Source: an uncultured virus (IMG/VR IMGVR_UViG_3300009873_000021) (taxonomy: Duplodnaviria; Heunggongvirae; Uroviricota; Caudoviricetes). From it: a DNA stretch of 20,000 nucleotides. Position numbers and translations under genes: made by a program. Where the stretch lies: the IMG/VR virus record IMGVR_UViG_3300009873_000021, positions 45,362 to 65,361 of that record; one strand, 5' to 3'. Below the pieces are notes generated by a model. It had not been told where the DNA came from and made no database searches. It saw nothing but the letters and a program-made list of their open reading frames with translations. Shown here in pieces: positions 15,220-20,000 of the stretch (positions are counted from its first letter, which is position 1; each line of letters opens with the position of its first letter).

Positions 15220-15228
15220 AACGGTTCC

Positions 15229-17073
15229 CTATTCCTCTTCCTCGCGGATCTCGCTGATCAGGCCCTTGGCGTCACGGCGGATTACCTTCCTGCGTTTGCG
15301 CGGCTCCGGCACGTGCACTTCGACGGTCGGCGCCAACTGCGGCGGCAGCGGTGGCAGCTTCAGTTCGATCTGCTGGAGCGCCGGGGAATGGCCGTTGCCG
15401 TTGATCCTGCCGCCGCGGCCGTTGCCATTGGCCTTGGCGCCGGAGCCTGGCGGTCCGGTGTCGTCGTCATCGTCCTCGCCGCCGACCTTGTTGACCTGCT
15501 CGACGAAATCCATCACCTGGGCGCCCTTGGGCACGGCACGGTTGGCGATGTCGCGCCAGTGCACGTCCACGCCGGTTTCCGCCTTCACGTCCTGCGCTGC
15601 GCGGATGGAATCGACGACGATCTTCTTGTTAAAGGCGATCGAGCGGGCGATGACCTCGTCGCCGTCCAGCCCGTTCTCGCCGGCGAGCGAGTAGCCGTCC
15701 TGCTGAAACGTCTCGGTGCGCATCACTCCCGCGGCGGCATCCTTCACCGGCTCCTGGTATGGCCAGCGCGGCTTCTGCCAGCGATGACGGAACAGGTTGA
15801 TCTTCGATCCCGGTCGCGACGCGCGCGCCAGAGCGCGAAGGCGCTGCGCCTCGCTGTCGCCCTGGCTCATGCGCCAGCGCAGTCGCCAGGTCACCACGTG
15901 ACGGTGAAAGCGCGACTCAATCCGGTTCTGGTTCACGATCCAGCCGAGCTTGGCCTGGTCGAGTGCGCCGCGGTAGGCGCTGTAGCTGCCGGAGTCGTTG
16001 GCGTCCATGAGGCCGACGTTCAGCGGCACGCCGAGGTTGACGCTGATGATCTGCAGCGCCAGCTTCAGGTGCGCCAGCGTCTCGGCGCTGGGGACGTTCG
16101 GGCTGTGCGTGACGAGCTTCTTGCCGGCCGGCGGGGTGAGGATCTGGCCCGGGGACACGCCCATTTCGAGCATGGTCTGCCCGTCCTGGAGCTGCACCGC
16201 GGTTTCGGAGCCCGTGCTTGGGGCTGCCCCCGGCGGTGCGTCCTTGTCCGATTCCCAGCTCCCGACGAAGCACGCGGCGGCCTGCTCCTTGACCAGCAGC
16301 GCGAAGTCGATGTCCTCATACATGCCCGCTTTGTCGAAGCAGGGGTGCAGCGCCGTGACACCCCTGGTCATGGTGAACCGGAAGGGTGAGTACCAGTGCC
16401 AGACCAGCGGGAATTCGCGACCCAGCCGCTCGTCGGTCTCGTACGCCGGGACCTCGTGAAAGTCCTCGAAGCGGTTGTACTTGCGGTCAACGCCGGGCGT
16501 TTCCTTGCTGAAGTAGTAGCGAACGCGACGACGGAACTCGTCCAGCTCGATTCCCTGGACGATGTTGCGCTTGGTCCGGTTGCGCGGCGTGCCGCAGCGG
16601 TAGGCCTCGAAGGCCTGCAAGCGCCCGTCCTCGGTGCCGACGATGAAGCAGTCGCCGGAAACCAGCTCGCGGATGAAACCGATGGACTGGAAATCCGCGA
16701 AGGTGAACTGACCGGCGACATCACAGGCGTCAGCGTCTTGCGCCCACTCGTTGAACTCCGCCAGCAGATCGGCGTCGAGCTTGTCATCACCCGTATCCGG
16801 CTCGTAGCCGAATCCTGTGCGGATGGTGTTGATCCGCGCCCGGTCGATGAGCATCTTGATGGTGGCGTCATCGCGGAACATGGCCTCCGCGTATTCGCGC
16901 ATCCTGACGAAGCGCGCCTCGGGCCAGCTGTGCCAGTCGCCGTCGGCGCCGACGAGCCCGACGCCGGGGCGCGTCTTGCGAAAGCGCGAATCGCCCATCC
17001 CGGCGTACTGCTGCGACCACTCCTGTCGCAGCTGGTGCATCCGGCGCATCGTGTTGCGCGGATCGGTAATCAT
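15229..17073 (-). CDS. Portal protein, lambda family
   Basis: 614 aa after terminase and the gpW-position gene; QGIELDEFRR..RYYF, TRGVT, SYSAYRGAL and PRWPYQEPVKD motifs. Confidence 0.92.
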   Translation of the reverse strand: MITDPRNTMRRMHQLRQEWSQQYAGMGDSRFRKTRPGVGLVGADGDWHSWPEARFVRMREYAEAMFRDDATIKMLIDRARINTIRTGFGYEPDTGDDKLDADLLAEFNEWAQDADACDVAGQFTFADFQSIGFIRELVSGDCFIVGTEDGRLQAFEAYRCGTPRNRTKRNIVQGIELDEFRRRVRYYFSKETPGVDRKYNRFEDFHEVPAYETDERLGREFPLVWHWYSPFRFTMTRGVTALHPCFDKAGMYEDIDFALLVKEQAAACFVGSWESDKDAPPGAAPSTGSETAVQLQDGQTMLEMGVSPGQILTPPAGKKLVTHSPNVPSAETLAHLKLALQIISVNLGVPLNVGLMDANDSGSYSAYRGALDQAKLGWIVNQNRIESRFHRHVVTWRLRWRMSQGDSEAQRLRALARASRPGSKINLFRHRWQKPRWPYQEPVKDAAAGVMRTETFQQDGYSLAGENGLDGDEVIARSIAFNKKIVVDSIRAAQDVKAETGVDVHWRDIANRAVPKGAQVMDFVEQVNKVGGEDDDDDTGPPGSGAKANGNGRGGRINGNGHSPALQQIELKLPPLPPQLAPTVEVHVPEPRKRRKVIRRDAKGLISEIREEEE

Positions 17074-17083
17074 CGGTGATCGA

Positions 17084-17419
17084 TCAGCCGCCGAATTCGT
17101 TGAAGTTCAGTCGCGTGGTGCGCCGGTTGGTCACGCTGGCGCTGACGCCCGAGCCCGATGGATCGTCCACCCCGCCGCCGGCCGGGTCGTTCGCCTCGAG
17201 CCAGTCGCGGGCGGCGCGCAGCTCGTCGCGGATGCCGTCGGCGTTGAGCTCGGTGTCCTCCTCGCGCGTGCCGATGCGCCGCGGGTTTCGCCGCAGGATG
17301 ATCACGCAGGCGGTGATGAACGCCTTGCATTTGGTGACCGAGGCGTCCTCCTGGTAGCTGGCGTTGTCGTCGTACGCCGCCCAGACCTGCGCGTCGGTGG
17401 ATGCCGATGAGAGGGGCAT
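17084..17419 (-). CDS. Head completion/adaptor protein (gpW position)
   Basis: 111 aa between terminase and portal with a helix-hairpin-helix-like layout. Synteny-based call. Confidence 0.5.
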   Translation of the reverse strand: MPLSSASTDAQVWAAYDDNASYQEDASVTKCKAFITACVIILRRNPRRIGTREEDTELNADGIRDELRAARDWLEANDPAGGGVDDPSGSGVSASVTNRRTTRLNFNEFGG

Positions 17420-17821
17420 TTACAGCGCCCCCTTGACCTGGTCGAGCAGCCAGCCGTAAACATCGCCCTGCTCGCGAATGGCCACGTCGCGCGCCATCAG
17501 CGCCGTGAAGAGACGGGATTGCAGTTCCGCCTGCGCGGCGGTGAGCCGCGGCGAGGGAGCCAACTGCTGATACCCGCGCGTCTCGGTGGCGCGCACAAGC
17601 GGCAGCACCTCGTCGATCGTGATCCCCCGTGCCGGCATGGATGACGCGGGCTGCGTGGCATCCGCCGGCTGCGTGGCATCCGCCGGCTGCGTGGCATCCG
17701 CCGGCTGAACCGCCGTGGTCTCGACCGTTGACGGATCGGGCTCGAACGCCGTGGCTGGCAGGTCTGCAGATTCGACGACCGCGTCGTCGGTGCGTGTTTT
17801 GCGGGGCTTTTTCGTCATCAT
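17420..17821 (-). CDS. Hypothetical protein with a QPADAT repeat and helical C-terminal domain
   Basis: ATG 17821 overlaps the terminase stop (ATGA) and has a GGAG SD; 133 aa; its stop abuts the next ATG. Confidence 0.75.
   Translation of the reverse strand: MMTKKPRKTRTDDAVVESADLPATAFEPDPSTVETTAVQPADATQPADATQPADATQPASSMPARGITIDEVLPLVRATETRGYQQLAPSPRLTAAQAELQSRLFTALMARDVAIREQGDVYGWLLDQVKGAL
17649..17707. repeat. Perfect 18-nt tandem repeat, 3.3 copies
   Basis: ggctgcgtggcatccgcc three times plus ggctg. Confidence 0.95.
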
Positions 17822-19800
17822 CGTCTCCGTTGGGTAGCAAAAAATGGTCGACCGTCCGGGGTGCGGAGGCCGCCGGGTGTCGCCGGCTGCCGGAGCTGCG
17901 AGAGCTGCGCCTGCTCCTGCTGTCGCGTGGGCAGGTTGCGGAAAATGCGCATGTCGGCCATGCAGTACAGGCCGACGAGACAATCGAGGTAATGGTTGTC
18001 GCGCCCGTCGACTTTGAGCGACCAGACCCATTTGCCCCTGGCTCCGCGTCTCCGCGGCTTCTGGAACTGGTAGTGCTCAGCCGTGATCTGCTCGAGGAAC
18101 GCCTGCGACGTTTCTCGATGAAAGTGGATCGTGCCCGGGCCATCGCCGGGGCGCTTATAGGTGCCGTAGAGCTTTTCCTTGAAAAAGCTGGTGTTCACGT
18201 GCGCCAGTCGCACGCCGTGCGGGTTCCTGCGGCCGCTCGGATGGTATTCCACCTGGCTCAGGTTCCACTTCTCGCCCTTGACCAGCGTCTGCTGGCCTTT
18301 GGTCAGGACGATCTGGTGTGGTCGCGCCAGCCAGCGGTCGTAGCACTCGGCAGTGCGGTGCCCGTCGCCGGTGTCATAGCCGAGCGCTTCGCAGGTGAGC
18401 GATTGCGCTGGATCGTCGGCGTAGGGGAACTTCGACTCGAAGGCGAGCTTCTCGATCTCGTCGAACTTTTCGACCGACCCCGCGCGCACGATCCAGCATT
18501 CTTCACCCGGCCCGAACGCCGCGAACACGTACCACAGCCAGTGCCATTGCACGTCGGCGTAGCACAGCAGCCGCACGGCGCGATCGGGGATCACGTCCGG
18601 TGGCCCGCCGAGCTGGACCTTGGTCGTCAGCTCGTGCGAGTCGACGCTTTGGACCTGTTCCTTCCACGGCAGCGCACGCCAGTGCGTGAAGAAGACGCGA
18701 TACGCCGGCGGATCGTTGCGCGTGGCGAAGAACTTGGCCAGGAACGCGCTGAACGTCCGCCAGGGGCTGACCGCGGCGTCGGCCCAGTAGCCGCGCTGAC
18801 GTGTCTGCGGCGCCGGCCCCTCGATCTTCGGCCGCCAGCGATCCGTCGTCGGCGTGCGGAAATGCGAGCGCTCGATGAGTTCTTTGCTGGCGACGTCGAG
18901 CCGCTGGAGGATCTTCTGCGAATCCGGCACCCAGACGCCGCGCTGCGTCATCCACAGCTTGCGGTCGTCCGCGTGAAGCGCGCCGCACGATTCGCACCCG
19001 TATCGGGCGAGGTTCGCGATCTCGATGCGCTCGGGGTCGCGCTCATCGGCGGCTTCGGGGATGAGCTTGATCTGCTCGAACCGCAGCACCTGGTAATGGC
19101 CGCAGGCCGGGCATGGCGAGTGATACCGCCGCTGATCCGAGCTGAGCCAGGCTTTCCATCCGGCGCCCTCGGTCGTCGTGGGCGTGGTGACGCCGACCTG
19201 CTTGCCGCGGTAGCCGTAGGTTGTCAGGCGCTCTTTGAGCAGCGTCCAGATGTCCCCCAGGCGCGAGGCCATCGCCTCTTCGGCGCAGTTATCGACTTCA
19301 TCAAATAGGTTCAGGCCGCTTGTGCGACGGAGAAAATTCTCCTCGACCGTGGCGGCGGCGGACATCACCGTCATGGTGAGCAGCACCAGCGCGTTCTCGG
19401 TGGCCCAGTTACCGCCCGGGATCTGGCGCTGCAGCCGCGGCGAGGCCTGCACCATGCGCTTGAGTCGTCCCTCGAACTCCTCCTTCACGTCCGGCCTGCG
19501 CGGCAGGACGTAGATCGTCGGCATCGGCCGCTGATCGATCGAGTAGCTGAGGTGATTGTTGATCAGCTCGCTGCCGGAGCAGCGGCTAGCCTTCACGTAG
19601 ACGATCGTCTGCACCGTCGGATCGAGCAGTGCGTCCGTCGGTTCGACCATGTACGGAATGCGGTCGAACGAGAAGGGGCCGGGCTCGGCCGCGTCACGTT
19701 CGTGCAGAATGCGGTACTTCTCCACCCACTGCGACACCAGGAGCTGCTCCGGCGGAGCCAGGAGGTCCCGCACCGCCGCGGGCAGCTCGACGTGGGTCAT
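17818..19800 (-). CDS. terL: Terminase large subunit, lambda gpA family
   Basis: EPGPF..DRIPYMVEP, Walker A-like KASRCSGSE, Walker B LFDEVD, TTPT, SDQRRYHSPCPACG, ADVQ, YDTG and DNHYLDC. Confidence 0.95.
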   Translation of the reverse strand: MTHVELPAAVRDLLAPPEQLLVSQWVEKYRILHERDAAEPGPFSFDRIPYMVEPTDALLDPTVQTIVYVKASRCSGSELINNHLSYSIDQRPMPTIYVLPRRPDVKEEFEGRLKRMVQASPRLQRQIPGGNWATENALVLLTMTVMSAAATVEENFLRRTSGLNLFDEVDNCAEEAMASRLGDIWTLLKERLTTYGYRGKQVGVTTPTTTEGAGWKAWLSSDQRRYHSPCPACGHYQVLRFEQIKLIPEAADERDPERIEIANLARYGCESCGALHADDRKLWMTQRGVWVPDSQKILQRLDVASKELIERSHFRTPTTDRWRPKIEGPAPQTRQRGYWADAAVSPWRTFSAFLAKFFATRNDPPAYRVFFTHWRALPWKEQVQSVDSHELTTKVQLGGPPDVIPDRAVRLLCYADVQWHWLWYVFAAFGPGEECWIVRAGSVEKFDEIEKLAFESKFPYADDPAQSLTCEALGYDTGDGHRTAECYDRWLARPHQIVLTKGQQTLVKGEKWNLSQVEYHPSGRRNPHGVRLAHVNTSFFKEKLYGTYKRPGDGPGTIHFHRETSQAFLEQITAEHYQFQKPRRRGARGKWVWSLKVDGRDNHYLDCLVGLYCMADMRIFRNLPTRQQEQAQLSQLRQPATPGGLRTPDGRPFFATQRRR

Positions 19801-20000
19801 TGCGGGTTGGTGGGACGTCCGCTGGCCTTCGGCTTCGATCGGTTGGCGATGGATTGTTCGATGCGTTCGACTTCAAGCACCCGCTGCGAGTGCAGCCGCT
19901 GGCGGATGGAGTGCACGTAGTCCTGCAGTTCCTTCTCGACCTGGCTGGGATCCCGACCGGCGATCCGCAGCGGCAGCGCCTTGATCATTTCATCCAGCGC
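19797..20000 (-). CDS. terS: Terminase small subunit, C-terminal part (Nu1-like)
   Basis: Frame is open to the window edge (ALDEMIKALPLRIAG...); helical; stop overlaps the terL start (ATGA). Confidence 0.65.
   Translation of the reverse strand, partial: ALDEMIKALPLRIAGRDPSQVEKELQDYVHSIRQRLHSQRVLEVERIEQSIANRSKPKASGRPTNPQ

Larger units (their letters stand above)
1..20000 (-). mobile_element. Tailed phage/prophage packaging and head region with accessory insertions
   Basis: terS-terL-portal-protease-cement-capsid-head closure order; no host housekeeping genes and no att site seen. Confidence 0.95.

Noticed and set aside
17649..17707. 18-nt repeats as a possible CRISPR array
   Set aside because: Head-to-tail with no spacers, in frame within a CDS, and no cas genes.
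254..19308. Many long antisense or alternate-frame ORFs (for example 254-1624 +, 10789-12042 +, 12537-13697 +, 15313-16389 +, 17629-19308 +, 9300-10697 -)
   Set aside because: Shadows of real genes in high-GC DNA with few stop codons; Arg/Ala/Pro-rich and without motifs.
19567..19593. Non-canonical Walker A (KASRCSGSE) suggesting an inactive terminase
   Set aside because: gpA-family terminases have deviant P-loops that use the N-terminal Lys, which is present; the other motifs are intact.

Overview
GC-rich segment of a tailed (Caudoviricetes) phage or prophage. The DNA-packaging and head module is lambda-like and lies on the minus strand, read right to left: terminase small subunit (partial), gpA-type large terminase, a small hypothetical, a gpW-position protein, a lambda-family portal, an S49 prohead protease with a nested Nu3-like scaffold, a DUF2190-like cement protein, the major capsid protein, a gpFII-like head-tail joining protein and the start of a pectate-lyase-like beta-helix protein. 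Portal and protease, adjacent in lambda, are separated here by about 11.4 kb. This interval holds (i) an antisense HNH endonuclease, (ii) eight virion-like genes (a LamG lectin, small beta-rich proteins, an Ala/Gly repeat protein), (iii) a ParB-like gene and a Mom-like DNA-modification gene, and (iv) a plus-strand island. The island encodes a motif-degenerate, probably exported PLD-fold protein, an apparently autoregulated leaderless operon (amidoligase, HEXXH zincin, class II glutamine amidotransferase, XRE HTH) and an ASCH protein. That operon beside Mom/ParB/ASCH is the best candidate for an undescribed modification system. A Planctomycetota-like host is only an impression from gene style and octamer repeats. 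All family calls come from recognising motifs by eye; no searches were run.
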